DNA from: Macrostomum lignano
Taxonomy: Eukaryota
Assembly: GCA_002269645.1 (NCBI GenBank)
Contig: NIVC01002499.1
Coordinates: forward strand, 62,001-126,000
Direction: 5' to 3'
Length of the DNA stretch: 64,000 nt
The position numbers and the translations under genes are program-made. Under the pieces are notes generated by a model that saw nothing but the letters and a program-made list of their open reading frames with translations, was not told where the DNA came from and made no database searches. Positions 31,977 through 45,681 of this stretch are shown here, in pieces. Position 1 is the first letter of the stretch. The number at the start of each line of letters is the position of its first letter.

Positions 31977-34565
31977 TTGATCACAAACCACAATCTCCGA
32001 TCACAAACCACAATCACCGATCACAAACCACAATCTCCGATCACAAACCACAATCTCTGATCATAAACCACAATCTCTGATCACAAACCACAAGCTCCGA
32101 TCACAAACCACAATCTCTGATCACAAACCACAAGCTCTGATCACAAACCACAATCTCTGATCACAAACCACAATCTCTGATCACAAACCACAATCTCTAA
32201 TCACAAACCACAATCTCTGATCATAAACCACAATCTCTAATCACAAGCCACTAGCTCTGATCACAAACCACAATCTCTGATCACAAACCACAATCTCCGA
32301 TCACAAACCACAATCTCTAATCACAAACCACAATCTCTAATCACAAACCACAATCTCTGATCACAAACCACAATCTCTAATCACAAACCACAATCTCTGA
32401 TCACAAACCACAATCTCTGATCACAAACCACAATCTTCGATCACAAACCACAATCTCTGATCATAAACCACAAGCTCCAATCACAAACCACAATCTCTGA
32501 TCACAAACCACAATCACCGATCACAAACCACAATCTCTAATCACAAACCACAATCACCGATCACAAACCACAATATCTAATCACAAACCACAATCCCTGA
32601 TCACAAACCACAATCTCTGATCACAAGCCACTAGCTCTGATCACAAACCACAATCTTCGATCACAAACCACAATCTCTGATCATAAACCACAATCACCGA
32701 TCACAAACCACAATCTCTGATCATAAACCACAATCACCGATCACAAACCACAATCACCGATCACAAACCACAATCTCTGATCACAAACCACAATCTTCGA
32801 TCACAAACCACAATCTCTGATCACAAACCACAATCACCGATCACAAACCACAATCTCTAATCACAAACCACAATCACCGATCACAAACCACAATCTCTAA
32901 TCACAAACCACAATCCCTGATCACAAACCACAATCACCGATCACAAACCACAATCTCTAATCACAAACCACAATCTCTGATCACAAACCACAATCTCTGA
33001 TCACAAACCACAAGCTCTGATCACAAACCACAATCCCTGATCACAAACCACAATCTCTAATCACAAACCACAATCTCTGATCACAAACCACAATCTCTAA
33101 TCACAAACCACAATCTCTAATCACAAACCACAATCACCGATCACAAACCACAATCTCTAATCACAAACCACAATCACCGATCACAAACCACAATCTCTAA
33201 TCACAAACCACAATCCCTGATCACAAACCACAATCACCGATCGCAAACCACAATCTCTAATCACAAACCACAATCTCTGATCACAAACCACAATCTCTGA
33301 TCACAAACCACAAGCTCTGATCACAAACCACAATCCCTGATCACAAACCACAATCTCTAATCACAAACCACAATCTCTGATCACAAACCACAATCTCTAA
33401 TCACAAACCACAATCTCTAATCACAAACCACAATCACCGATCACAAACCACAATCTCTGATCACAAACCACAAGCTCTGATCACAAACCACAATCCCTGA
33501 TCACAAACCACAATCTCTAATCACAAACCACAATCTCTGATCATAAACCACAATCTCTAATCACAAACCACAATCTCTGATCACAAACCACAATCTCTGA
33601 TCACAAACCACAATCTCTGATCACAAACCACAATCTCTAATCACAAACCACAATCTCTGATCACAAACCACAAGCTCTGATCACAAACCACAATCCCTGA
33701 TCACAAACCACAATCTCTAATCACAAACCACAATCTCTAATCACAAACCACAATCTCTAATCACAAACCACAATCTCTAATCACAAACCACAATCTCTGA
33801 TCACAAACCACAATCTCTAATCACAAACCACAATCTCTGATCATAAACCACAATCTCTAATCACAAACCACAATCTCTAATCACAAACCACAAGCTCCGA
33901 TCACAAACCACAAGCTCCGATCACAAACCACAATCCCTGATCACAAACCACAATCTCTAATCACAAACCACAATCCCTGATCACAAACCACAATCTCTGA
34001 TCACAAACCACAATCCCTGATCACAAACCACAATCACCGATCACAAACCACAATCTCTAATCACAAACCACAAGCTCTGATCACAAACCACAATCTCCGA
34101 TCACAAACCACAAGCTCTGATCACAAACCACAATCCCTAATCACAAACCACAATCCCTGATCATCAACCACAATCTCTGATCACAAACCACAATCCCTGA
34201 TCACAAACCACAATCCCTGATCACAAACCACAATCTCTGATCACAAACCACAATCCCTGATCACAAACCACAATCACCGATCACAAACCACAATCTCTAA
34301 TCACAAACCACAAGCTCTGATCACAAACCACAATCTCTGATCACAAACCACAATCCCTGATCACAAACCACAATCACCGATCACAAACCACAATCTCTAA
34401 TCACAAACCACAAGCTCTGATCACAAACCACAATCTCTGATCACAAACCACAATCACCGATCACAAGCCACAATCTCCGATCACAAACCACAAGCTCTGA
34501 TCACAAACCACAATCTCTAATCACAAACCACAAGCTCTGATCACAAACCACAATCTCTGATCACA
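31977..34565. repeat. Minisatellite, 20-bp unit, ~129 copies
   Basis: TCACAAACCACA plus a variable 8-mer (ATCTCTGA, ATCTCTAA, AGCTCTGA, ATCACCGA, ATCCCTGA). Confidence 0.98.
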
Positions 34566-34964
34566 CACATCACAAGCTCCAATCTCAAAACTTGTACATC
34601 TCAAAATCTTGCAATAATTAATGGGGACCCCATTGGGAAAAGTTTGCTTACAGCACTACTTATGTCGATTTGGTTAGTATTGCAATACAAGCTAGTGTGT
34701 CTTAGTTATAGGCTGATTAAAATTTCAATGTTTTCATTGCAATATTGCAATGGTTTCAAGTTATATTTCCGAGTACAATTTGTTCAACTTGATTTGAATA
34801 GAATAAATTGTTAATCACGCTGAACAAATCGCGCAGGAAGATACGAAGCAGTACGCAGCTACAGGTGATCAGAGACAGCATAAAAAGCGTAAATTTTTAG
34901 GATTTCTGTTTGCGCAATTTTCCACAATTTGCATCATAAATGTCAAATATCAGTTTTTTATGGC

Positions 34965-35840
34965 TCCTAGCTTTCTTTGGAACTCCTAGCTGTCCTTGGA
35001 ACTCCTAGCTGTCCTTGGAACTCCTAGCTGTCCTTGGAACTCCTAGCTGTCCTTGGAACAATTAGCTGTCCTTGGAACTATTAGCTGTCCTTGGAACTCC
35101 TAGCTGTCCTTGAACCTCCTAGCTGTCCTTGCAGGAACTCCTAGCTGTCCTTGAAACTTTTAGCTGTCCTTGGAACTATTAGCTGTCCTTGGAACTATTA
35201 GCTGTCCTTGGAACTATTAGCTGTCCTTGGAACTATTAGCTGTCCTTGGAACTATTAGCTGTCCTTGGAACTATTAGCTGTCCTTGGAACTATTAGCTGT
35301 CCTTGGAACTCCTAGCTGTGCTTGGAACTATTAGCTGTCCTTGGAACTCCTAGCTGTGCTTGGAACTATTAGCTGTCCTTGGAACTCCTAGCTGTGCTTG
35401 GAACTATTAGCTGTCCTTGGAACTCCTAGCTGTGCTTGGAACTATTAGCTGTCCTTGGAACTCCTAGCTGTGCTTGGAACTATTAGCTGTCCTTGGAACT
35501 CCTAGCTGTGCTTGGAACTATTAGCTGTCCTTGGAACTCCTAGATGTGCTTGGTACTATTAGCTGTCCTTGGAACTCCTAGCTGTGCTTGGAACTATTAG
35601 CTGTCCTTGGAACTCCTAGCTATGCTTGGAACTATTAGCTATCCTTGGAACTATTAGCTGTCCTTGGAACTCCTAGCTGTGCTTGGAACTATTAGCTGTC
35701 CTTGGAACTCCTAGCTGTGCTTGGAACTATTAGCTGTCCTTGGAACTCCTAGCTGTCCTTGGAACTCCTAGCTGTCCTTGGAACTCCTAGCTGTTCTTGG
35801 AATTCTTAGCTGTTCTTGCAGGAACTCAGGTAGCTGTCCT
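34965..35840. repeat. Minisatellite, 19-bp unit, directly downstream of the nAChR stop
   Basis: TAGCTGTCCTTGGAACTCC / TAGCTGTGCTTGGAACTAT alternating variants. Confidence 0.96.
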
Positions 35841-35857
35841 TGAACCATGGCTGCCGG

Positions 35858-38800
35858 TCAGGAGTGGTCTTCGAAGAAGGCGGGGTAGGCGACCCAGCAG
35901 ACGACCAGGAACATGCAGGCGGTCAGCAGGCTGAAGGTCCAGAAGAAGATCCGGTCCAGGGCGAAGGCGGCGAACTTCCAGTCCTCCGAGTAGTCTGTCA
36001 ATGTCGTGATCGGGGCCGCTGATGGCGCGGCCTCTTCGGCGCCACCATTGTCCGGCCAGAGGCAGCCGACGGGGTCGCTGCTTGCGGATGGCAGACAGCC
36101 GTTGCCGCGGCTGGCGGCGGCGGAGGCAGCTTTGGCGGCGGCCAGCGCGCCTTTGAAGTACAGCGCCGAGGGCGGCACCTCACCGATGCCGCCGCCACCG
36201 GCGCCGATCTCGAAGGAGTCGAGGCTGACGGCGTCCACATCAACGCGGCGCATCCTGGCGATTCCCTTCTGCGCTCGGAGGCCTCGCGGCGGCTGTGGCG
36301 GCGTCGGCGGCTTCAGGCGGGTCCAGCGACGGTAAAGGCGGGAGAGGCGCATGGCGTAGCCCGGCGGGCGCTCCTGCGGCTGGGAGAAAAACACCTGCGT
36401 GACGATGACGGCCATCACCACGCCCAGGGCCACCATCGTCATGGTGACGGTGAACAGCAGGCCTGCGGGAAGGAGAGTCAGAGTAGCGGGTGTGAGAGTC
36501 AGAGTAGCGGGTGTGAGAGTCAGAGTAGCGGGTGTGAGAGTCAGAGTAGCGGGTGTGAGAGTCAGAGTAGCCGGCTAGAGAGTCAGAGTAGCGGGTGTGA
36601 GAGTCAGAGTAGCGGGTGTGAGAGTCGGAGTAGCGGATGTGAGAGTCAGAGTAGCGGGTGTGAGAGTCGGAGTAGCGGGTGTGCTCAAGAATGTGCTCAG
36701 TTGCAGCGGAGAGCTCACCCAAAATTGGGATGGCATCCGGGGTGGGCGGCATGGTCTCGCTGACCATGAGCAGGAACACCACCAAAGCCAGCAGCACGGT
36801 GATCTCCAGGTTGACCTTCTCGCCGGACTCGATGGGCAGGTAGAAGGCCAGGAAGGACACGAAGTAGATGAGCAGGCAGGGGCAGATCAGGTTGATCACG
36901 TAGAACAGGCAGCGCCGGTACATGTGGATGGTGAAGTGGATCACGGGGAACGGCGACTCGCAGCAGGGGTACTTGTTGAACTGCTGGTAGGGCGTGATGC
37001 CCGTGACCTTCCACTCCTGGTTGCGGGCGTTGTAGTACACCTTCTGGTCCGCCTGGCCAGTGTGGTTCAGCGCCACCTGAAAGCCATCGTAGGTCCAGGA
37101 CACGAAGGTCATGTTGCACTCCTGCGTGTCGAAGGGGAAGTAGCGCACGTCCAGAGTGCAGTACATCTTCACCACGATGGGGAAGGTCCACATCACATTG
37201 CCGTTCTTCTCCACGATGGCGTTGGTGTTCATGTAGTCCGAGTACTCGTCATTGGCGCTGCGGGTTCGAGTCCGCGATGGAGGCTGGGATCCGGGAGCTG
37301 GGATAGGGAGCTGGGATCAGGGAGCTGGAATCAGGGAGCTGGAATCAGGGAGCTGGGTTCAGGGAGTTGGGATCAGGGAGCTGGGATCAGGGAGTTGGGA
37401 TCAGGGAGCTGGGATCAGGGAGCTGGAATCAGGGAGCTGGAATCAGGGAGCTGGAATCAGGGAGCTGGAATCAGGGAGCTGGGATCAGGGAGTTGGGATC
37501 AGGAAGCTGGGATCAGGGAGCTGGGGTCAAGTAGCTGGGATCAGGGAGCTGGCATCAGGGAGCTGGGATCAGGGAGCTGGCATCAGGGAGCTGGCATCAG
37601 GAAGCTGAGATCAGGGAGCTGGAATCAGGGAGTAGGATGAAGAGTCCAAGTCAAGGGTGGCGTTCTATTGTCAGGGGATCAGAACGATGTCAACGGCTCA
37701 CAGCAGTGAACTCAGTTGCGCCTGACTCACTAGTTTGTTATAATGAGATCCGGCCTCCAGATGCTCTTGGCGGGAATCCAAAACTTTTTTATGGGGAAAA
37801 CGCTCGAATCCCATTTCAGATATTCGTCCCACCAGTGCTGCAAAAGAGGGTGACATGGGGAATATAATTAAGCGGCTGCTTTATCCTGATACACTGGTGA
37901 TGCAGCTATGAAAGTCACTGCTCACCACCCTGATGGACACCTGAGCTGAGATCGTCTGGTGTCGCTCGTTCTGAAATGATTGCCAAAGATTATCTTCAAC
38001 CTGTCTTCAAGCGAGTGCTGATTCGCAGCTCGCCGAGTTTTCCAGACCAGCTACGATTTTCTTTCTGATTAAACGGATGATGCGGTGCATGTAAATTAAT
38101 GGGTTATTGAATCGGTCACGAATCCCAGTGATGCAAATCTTTGAGAGCTGCGAGTGCAAACGAGTAATATAATTGAACTGTTGGAGTGGCGGATGCGAAT
38201 ATGACAGTTATGTAACTCATCTAGAGAAGAGAAGAAGAGGGGAGAGAGGAGAGAGAAGAGAAAAGAGAAAAGATAGGAGAGAGGAGAGGGGGGAGAGGAG
38301 AGATGGGAAGGGAGAGGGGAGAGAGGAGAGAGGAGAGAGGAGAGAGGAAAGGGAAGAGAGGAGAGAGGAGAGAGGAGAGAGGAAATACAAGAGAGGAGAG
38401 AGGAGAGAGGAAAGGGAAGAGAGGAGAGAGGAGAGAGGAAAGGGAAGAGAGGAGAGAGGAGAGAGGAAATGCAAGAGAGGAGAGAGGAGAGAGGAAAGGA
38501 AAGAGAGGAGAGAGGAGAGGAGAGATGGGAAGGGAGAGGGAAGAGAGGAGAGAGGAGAGAGGAGAGAGGAAAGGGAAGAGAGGAGAGAAGAGAGAGGAGA
38601 GAGGAGAGAGGAGAGGGAAGAGAGGAGAGAGGAGAGGAGAGACGGGAAGGGAGAGGGAAGAGAGGAGAGAGGAGAGAGGAAATGCAAGAGAGGAGAGAGG
38701 AGAGAGGAGAGAGGAGAGAGGAGAGGAGAGACGGGAAGGGAGAAAAAAGAGAGGAGAGAGGAGAGAGGAGAGAGGAAAGGGAAGAGGGGAGAGAGGAGAG

Positions 38801-40003
38801 AGGAGAGAGGAGAGAGGAGAGAGGAAATGCAAGAGAGGAGAGAGGAGAGGAGAGACGGGAAGGGAGAGGGAAGAGAGGAGAGAGGAGAGAGGAGAGAGGA
38901 AAGGGAAGAGAGGAGAGAAGAGAGAGGAGAGAGGAGAGAGGAGAGGAGAGAGGAAAGGCAAGAGAGGAGAGAGGAGAGGAGAGAGGAAAGGCAAGAGAGG
39001 AGAGAGGAGAGAGGAGAGAGGAGAGAGGAAATGCAAGAGAGGAGAGAGGAGAGAGGAAAGGGAAGAGAGGAGAGAGGAGAGGAGAGACGGGAAGGGAGAG
39101 GGAAGAGAGGAGAGAGGAGAGAGGAGAGAGGAAAGGGAAGAGAGGAGAGAAGAGAGAGGAGAGAGGAGAGAGGAGAGGAGAGAGGAAAGGCAAGAGAGGA
39201 GAGAGGAGAGGAGAGAGGAAAGGCAAGAGAGGAGAGAGGAGAGAGAAGAGAGGAGAGAGGAGAGAGGAGAGAGGAGAGGGAAGAGAGGAGAGAGGAGAGA
39301 GGAAAGGGAAGAGAGGAGAGAGGAGAGACGGGAAAAGACAGGGGAGAGAGGAGAGGAGAGAGAAGAGGGGAGAGCGGAGAGGATTTACACTCAACCAGGA
39401 CTTTTACCCATTCCTTTAAAAAATCGGAAATCATCGAAAATTTTCTGCAGCCGCCGGCATTCTTCTGCCTATCAATGCGGAGCTATTTTTAGAAACAAAG
39501 CGGTCCGGGTCTGCCTGCCTTCGCTGATCGGCCATTTCTATTTTTCCAGTGTTCATCGGTCTGGCTCAATGTTGAGCTCAGTGTCTTTTCAGAATGGATG
39601 AATTCGGCTACTTTCAAAGTCAGAGCTTCATCGCTTAAGCCTTTTGCACACTGCTCAACTGGTCTCCTTATTAATGATGAGGCGCTCCCGTGTCCACCAG
39701 GGAATCACGCGAGGCCGCTCAAATTGCCATGGGTGGGGTGGGGAGCGGGACAGGCCTCTAAAAGTTCAAAGGGAGACCAGAGGTGCCGCCACGGCGCCGG
39801 CGTCCCAGTGCGGCCGCACCGCGCCACCAGCTGGCGCCACCGATGAGCAGCCCAGCTTTGCTGAGTCTCTGGGACTCGGGGCTGCCGGATTTTGGGGATT
39901 CTTGGCCGCGGCTCGTCATCTAATCAGGCATTTTGGAGCTATGGAGCTGCCCGCTGTGCATACTAATCGGAGCTGGCAGATTAAAAGGACAAGAAGGACT
40001 TTT

Positions 40004-40096
<93 letters not shown>

Positions 40097-40139
40097 CACA
40101 CACACACACACACACACAGACAGACAGACAGACAGACAC

Positions 40140-40186
<47 letters not shown>

Positions 40187-40223
40187 CACACACACACACA
40201 CAGACAGACAGACAGACAGACAC

Positions 40224-40277
<54 letters not shown>

Positions 40278-40466
40278 CGACGCCAATCCCGCTCACCGTG
40301 TCCAGTATGTGGAACAGAGACATGCCAATTTTTGTCTCCACCGGGGTGGCGTCCTGGCGCACCGGCCTGCTGGTGATGTCATAGCCCTTGAGCAGGTGCT
40401 GCTTGAGCAGATACTCAACTGAGGCGTTGCCGTGCGGCCGGTCGTTGGTCCAGGCGTACGAGTTGC
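35858..40466 (-). CDS. Nicotinic acetylcholine receptor alpha-type subunit; exons 40466-40297, 37970-37926, 37837-37731, 37257-36719, 36462-35858 (signal-peptide exon further upstream)
   Basis: Cys-loop [15 protein letters not shown], loop B SWTY, loop C YPCC, GEK before M2, M4 FALDRIFFW. Canonical 45-nt exon ([15 protein letters not shown]). All junctions GT-AG and phase-consistent. Confidence 0.95.
36472..36682. repeat. Minisatellite, 21-bp unit, nAChR last intron
   Basis: Sense unit ACACCCGCTACTCTGACTCTC runs directly into the acceptor. Confidence 0.95.
37285..37632. repeat. Minisatellite, 14-bp unit GGGAGCTGGGATCA, nAChR intron
   Basis: Direct tandem repetition. Confidence 0.95.
38222..39380. 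repeat. GA-rich (GAGAG)n composite repeat, nAChR intron
   Basis: Almost pure purine tract. Confidence 0.96.
40008..40277. repeat. (CAGA)n/(CA)n microsatellite, nAChR intron
   Basis: Direct tandem repetition beside the donor at 40296. Confidence 0.97.
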
Positions 40467-40867
40467 CTGGGTGGGATTTGGGATTTGTCAATCAACTTTT
40501 TTTCAGTGTCGGGCAAAAAATGATTTCAATTTTCGCGAATTTCAATCGCTCTGTCAGTTCAACTCGATGGACCATCCGGATGAGGCCGCCTCTACGGGAC
40601 GAAAGCCCGCCAGCTGCCAGCGACAACCGGTCCAACCCGTCCCATTTTGTGACAGGGTGCAGCGAGCCGAATGCCAAATGATTCGAATTCAAACTGGAGT
40701 GGCTGCTCGTGCTTCTGTCAGTCTGCCAGTGTCTTGTTTCCAACAGACTCAAAGCTGTGCTCAAGTGGGCTTTAAAACCGAAAACAAAGATTTAAGGAAA
40801 CGCATCCTCTGTCTCAGATGGATCTCCGAAATCTGCTGGGGAGCCATGGGAACTCGGGCTGCGGTTG

Positions 40868-41590
40868 CAGGGAATTGGAGTTTCTACTTTCTGGGAATTG
40901 GAGTATCTATTTTCTAGGAATTGGAGTATCTACTTTCTAGGAACTGTAGTTTATACTTTCTAGGAATTGGAGTATCTATTTTCTAGGAATTGGAGTATCT
41001 ACTTTCTAGGAATTGGAGTATCTATTTTCTAGGAATTGGAGTATCTATTTTCTAGGAATTGTAGTTTATACTTTCTAGGAATTGGAGTATCTATTTTCTA
41101 GGAATTGGAGTATCTATTTTCTAGGAATTGGAGTATCTATTTTCTAGGAATTAGAGTATCTACTTTCTAGGAATTGGAGTATCTATTTTCTAGGAATTGG
41201 AGTATCTACTTTCTAGGAATTGTAGTTTATACTTTCTAGGAATTGGAGTATCTATTTTCTAGGAATTATGGTATCTAATTTCTAGGAATTGGAGTATTTA
41301 TTTTCTAGGAATTATGGTATCTAACTTCTAGAAATTGAAGTTTCTAATGAAGTTACTACTTTCTAGGAATTGGAGTCTCTACTTTCTATAAATTGGAGTA
41401 TGTAATTTCTACTAGTAGGAATTGGAGTATCTGCTTTCTAGGAATTAGAGCATCTGCTTTCTAAGAATTGGAATATCTGCTTTCTAGGAATTGGAGCATC
41501 TGCTTTCTAAGAATTGAGTATCTGCTTTCTAGGAATTGGAGCATCTGCTTTCTAAGAATTGGAGTATCTGCTTTCTAGGAACATTTCTAG
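40868..41590. repeat. Minisatellite, ~23-bp unit CTAGGAATTGGAGTATCTATTTT
   Basis: Direct tandem repetition, degenerate at the right end. Confidence 0.93.
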
Positions 41591-42064
41591 GATTTCTACG
41601 CATCGTTAGAATTGATCATTAGAATTGGCACCTTTTCTCTTGATGGGATTTGAATTTCTGCCTTCCCATCACGCCACCTCCAAATCCCCACAACCCAGTT
41701 TTCCCGAAAAAAGTTATGGAGAACCAAGTACGAGCTAGAGACTTCTTCGAAGTGCCTCTCAGCTCTTTATTTTTCAGCATTTTTCTGGATTGGCAAGCAG
41801 ACAAAAGTGCTTCCAGAAGCGAGACAGGCAGCGGCAGCCGCAGCTTCCAACACGTAGCGCTTCATCATCATCCAGTAAAAAATGCTAGGCGAGTCCTGGG
41901 CCTCGAGCTCGAATAGCAAATTCGATTCGGACTGGGGCGGAAGACCGCTAAATATTTTCCCGGCCTCGCCACAGCTGCCTCAATGCTCTCATTATGGAGG
42001 CGGCAACTTCAGCCCAGCGCAGCTGATCAGCCCGGCTGCTCGGGGGGTCCCGGGGCTGAGCTGG

Positions 42065-42337
42065 GAGGAGGGCTGTGGAGTGGGGAGGTCAGGCAGAAGG
42101 GATTTGGAGTGGAGAGGTCAGGTAGAGGGAAGGCTTTGGAGTGGGGAGGTCAGGTAGAGTGGAGCCTTGGAGTGGGGAGGTCAGGTAGAGGGAGGCTTTC
42201 GAGTGTGGAGGTCAGGTAGAGTGGGGCCTTGGAGTGGGGAGGTCAGGTAGAGGGAGGCTTTCGAGTGTGGAGGTCAGGTAGAGTGGGGCCTTGGAGTGGG
42301 GAGGTCAGGTAGAGTGGGGCCTTGGAGTGGGGAGGTC
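42065..42337. repeat. G-rich minisatellite (TGGAGTGGGGAGGTCAGGTAGAG core)
   Basis: Direct tandem repetition of ~31-bp units. Confidence 0.9.
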
Positions 42338-42962
42338 ATTTGACACAGGATTCGGAATGATGATTTGACACAGGATTCGGAATGATGATTTGACACAGGA
42401 TTCGGAATGATGATTTGACACAGGATTCGGAATGATGATTTGACACAGGATTCGGAATGATGATTTGACACAGGATTCGGAATGATGATTTGACACAGGA
42501 TTCGGAATGATGATTTGACACAGGATTCGGAATGATGATTTGACACAGGATTCGGAATGATGATTTGACACAGGATTCGGAATGATGATTTGACACAGGA
42601 TTCGGAATGATGATTTGACACAGGATTCGGAATGATGATTTGACACAGGATTCGGAATGATGATTTGACACAGGATTCGGAATGATGATTTGACACAGGA
42701 TTCGGAATGATGATTTGACACAGGATTCGGAATGATGATTTGACACAGGATTCGGAATGATGATTTGACACAGGATTCGGAATGATGATTTGACACAGGA
42801 TTCGGAATGATGATTTGACACAGGATTCGGAATGATGATTTGACACAGGATTCGGAATGATGATTTGACACAGGATTCGGAATGATGATTTGACACAGGA
42901 TTCGGAATGATGATTTGACACAGGATTCGGAATGATGATTTGACACAGGATTCGGAATGATG
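42338..42962. repeat. Perfect minisatellite, 25-bp unit, ~25 copies
   Basis: Unit TTTGACACAGGATTCGGAATGATGA with no visible variants. Confidence 0.98.
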
Positions 42963-43734
42963 CTCCAGGCAAAAACTGCTTGCCAAAATTTCAGTTTTCA
43001 ACTCGCTGGAGATTCGCCACTCTGTTGGCGCCGGGCAAGCAGCGATCGGCTGGAAGCTCTGCTTCAATTTCTTCCTGACTGACACCCGAAGAGCAAATCC
43101 TCCCTCAATGTTTGCCAGCTCTGCAGCTTTGATTGCCGACAGACAGTTTGAGCTGTCCGGATGAGGTGCCACTCGGGGGGGGGGGTGGGAGGCTGCTCAT
43201 ATTGAAATTGCTGGCTGCGAAAAATTTCATTAACTGCTCCGCTCGGGTCGTAGAAGATGGGATGGGACTTCTCTGAGCTGTCAGGCCATCCATCCAAGAG
43301 TGCGCCTGCACTCCGGCCAGCAACAAGTGTCCTGCCGAGTCCGAACTTCCAGAGCGCCCCCGGGCCCAGCGGGGGGGGGTCGCCCAGCTTATCTGCCTCC
43401 CCATCGCCTGACTGAGCACGGCTGCTGCACTGCGGTCAGGAGGGGCGGCGGCTTTCTCCGATAGCCCTCAACTGGAGTCAGCTCGGATGTGAGCTGAGGT
43501 GGACCGGCTAACACCGGGATTAGGGGACCTGTCTGTTTTAATCGCTATAGTCGAGCTCGAAGATACGGCTGGCCGCTGCTCATTGAACTGCACGGGACTC
43601 TCAAGATGGGGCGGGGGAGCTGGACTTCGCCGCGAATAACAGGCAGGCCCGCTGACTCCCGGCTTGGTAAATAGCGGGGCTTTTCAAGTGGGAATTCGGG
43701 GAATGAGAATTCCCGACTCTTGCAATTGCCGCGG

Positions 43735-43975
43735 GGAATTCAGAGTGAGAAACTGCCCTCCCGCGGATTAGTGTTCGGGGGAATTCAGAGTGAGAACTGC
43801 CCTCCCGCGGATTAGTGTTCGGGGGAATTCAGAGTGAGAACTGCCCTCCCGCGGATTAGTGTTCGGGGAAATTCAGAGTGAGAACTGCCCTCCCGCAGAT
43901 TAGTGTTCGGGGGGAATTCAGAGTGAGAACTGCCCTCCCGCAGATTAGTGTTCGGGGGGAATTCAGAGTGAGAAA
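43735..43975. repeat. Minisatellite, ~45-bp unit, ~5 copies
   Basis: GGGGGAATTCAGAGTGAGAACTGCCCTCCCGCGGATTAGTGTTC. Confidence 0.92.
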
Positions 43976-44178
43976 TACCCCTAAGAGAATTGCTCGCGAA
44001 GAATTGCCAAGAAATTAGGGAGTTCTCAAGCCGGGCCGGGCAAAAAACTTGGTGGTCTCGTTTTTGAGAGTTAAGAGACAAAAGCGGCGGACGCTTCGAA
44101 CTCAGTTTGACCCGGCGAGCCCCCCGGCCTGCGCAGAAATTCATACAGACATGATTTTTATTAGATCGAGCATCCCAC

Positions 44179-44254
44179 ACAGCATCAAAAAAAGCAACAG
44201 CAGCCGCAGCAAAAAAGCGCGGAAGAGGCGGCCCGCAGATCCCCTGAGCTGCAT
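44179..44254 (-). CDS. Candidate signal-peptide (first) exon of the nAChR subunit
   Basis: MQLRGSAGRLFRAFLLRLLLLFLML; a weak phase-1 donor (T|GTGGGA) would join exon 40466 as ...[12 protein letters not shown]. End coordinate approximate. Confidence 0.35.
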
Positions 44255-44604
44255 GCAAAATCCCCGGACTCGAATTGATTGAGTGCGGCCGGGCCGGGGC
44301 CTCAGCGCTCCATGAATGCGGGAGTGCGGGCCTGAATTATGCAGGGAAAGCTCTCTCACTGAAGGTCTCACTAGAGCTGATGCGGCTGCAAATAAATCTT
44401 CTAGAAGAGGAAATCCTATCGGCTTTCTTCAGAGCGATTTTCTGTTTTCCTTCCCTCTTCCTTGTCTGACTCGATTGCCTTGTTCATCAAATGTTTTGTT
44501 TAATCTTAACTGCAATTTAAAAGTTTAGGAAAACATTTTAGGCGACTGTTGGAGAAACAATAGCTGAGGTTTATCTTACCTGAAGGCTTTTCCCTTATTT
44601 ACTG

Positions 44605-44668
44605 TGGCCACACCTGGGAATCGAGCCCAGGACCTCTGGGACGAGAGAACAATGCGATCCCACAACCA
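44605..44668 (-). other. tRNA-derived (SINE-head-like) remnant
   Basis: Minus strand GAGGTCCTGGGCTCGATTCCCAGGTGTGGCCA: perfect 5-bp T-stem and B-box-like loop; D and anticodon arms not recoverable. Confidence 0.3.
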
Positions 44669-45681
44669 ATTCTTGCATATGCAATGATGCTTACCTTCAA
44701 CGAGGCCAATCAAAGTTCTCTGCGTCCACAGAAAGCAAATGGCTAAGCAAATCTGCTTCATTTCTTGTTGCAGTTGAGTTTGAACTAAATTTCTTGGTAA
44801 AATGATGTTTAAAACTGAGAGGCGATCGAGCCCATAAGAGCTGTTTTGGAACTCGAATAGGGCCGGGACGTTAGTTCGTTCATGTAATCTTTACCAACTT
44901 AGACCTGGTTGGTTAGAATAGCTGATTGGCTGGTGGCAGTCGCATAGGATCTGATTCTCTGATGATTACTCGCTGGGAACGCTGTCAAAAAATAAACGAG
45001 CTTATCAAGTGCTAGAAATTGTATTCATATGCAAATAAATAATAAAAAGTCTTGGTATTTATCATAAAACACTATCTAAAATAGCCATAAATTATACAGC
45101 CCGCGTACGCCTTAATAATTTCAGATGAGGTGGTTGTACCGCACTAAGCATTACATTCGCCTAAACTTTTTAGCGTATCAAAGCTTTGAAAACAGTGGAC
45201 CGAGAGCATATCAAAATTAGTTGCATAATATATCAGTGTAGTGACCTTCGCGAATTGTGCCTAAAAATACAAAAACTCTCATTTTTGTACCAAAATCAAT
45301 AAATAAAATCAGTACCAAAGTAAGAAATTTTGTAATGGGGAGATATGCCTCGAGATACACTGCAGCTTACGCGTATTAAAATTTATTAAACTCTTATTGT
45401 CTATAATTTCCGGGAGTTGTCATTCAAGTTCATTCAAACAAAAATCAAGAAAATAAAAAAGATTTTTATGATAAATCCCTTTTAGGAACAAAATTAATTT
45501 CAATTTTTTTTGTTCAAAGAATATAAAATTTAAGCAGAGTGTTTTGCGCCACGAAATCTGTCGAGGTGCTGTTTCAATTGCTTTTAAATTGCCGATTTTA
45601 AATTGACTTCAGCACGCTGGTCCCGACTCAGTTGCGTGAGTCTGGCTTGATTCGTGATTCATCGAAATACGTCTTTGGCAA

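Noticed and set aside
31977-34565. CRISPR-like look (constant repeat plus variable segment)
   Set aside because: The variable part is only 8 nt with a few recurring states. There are no unique spacers or cas genes, and the context is eukaryotic.
38096-39601. Leu/Ser-rich and Arg/Glu-rich 400-aa ORFs
   Set aside because: Translations of a GA-rich intronic repeat.
42274-43172. ORFs with a 25-aa Cys/His repeat resembling a metal-binding protein
   Set aside because: A 25-bp perfect array gives the same peptide in all three frames.
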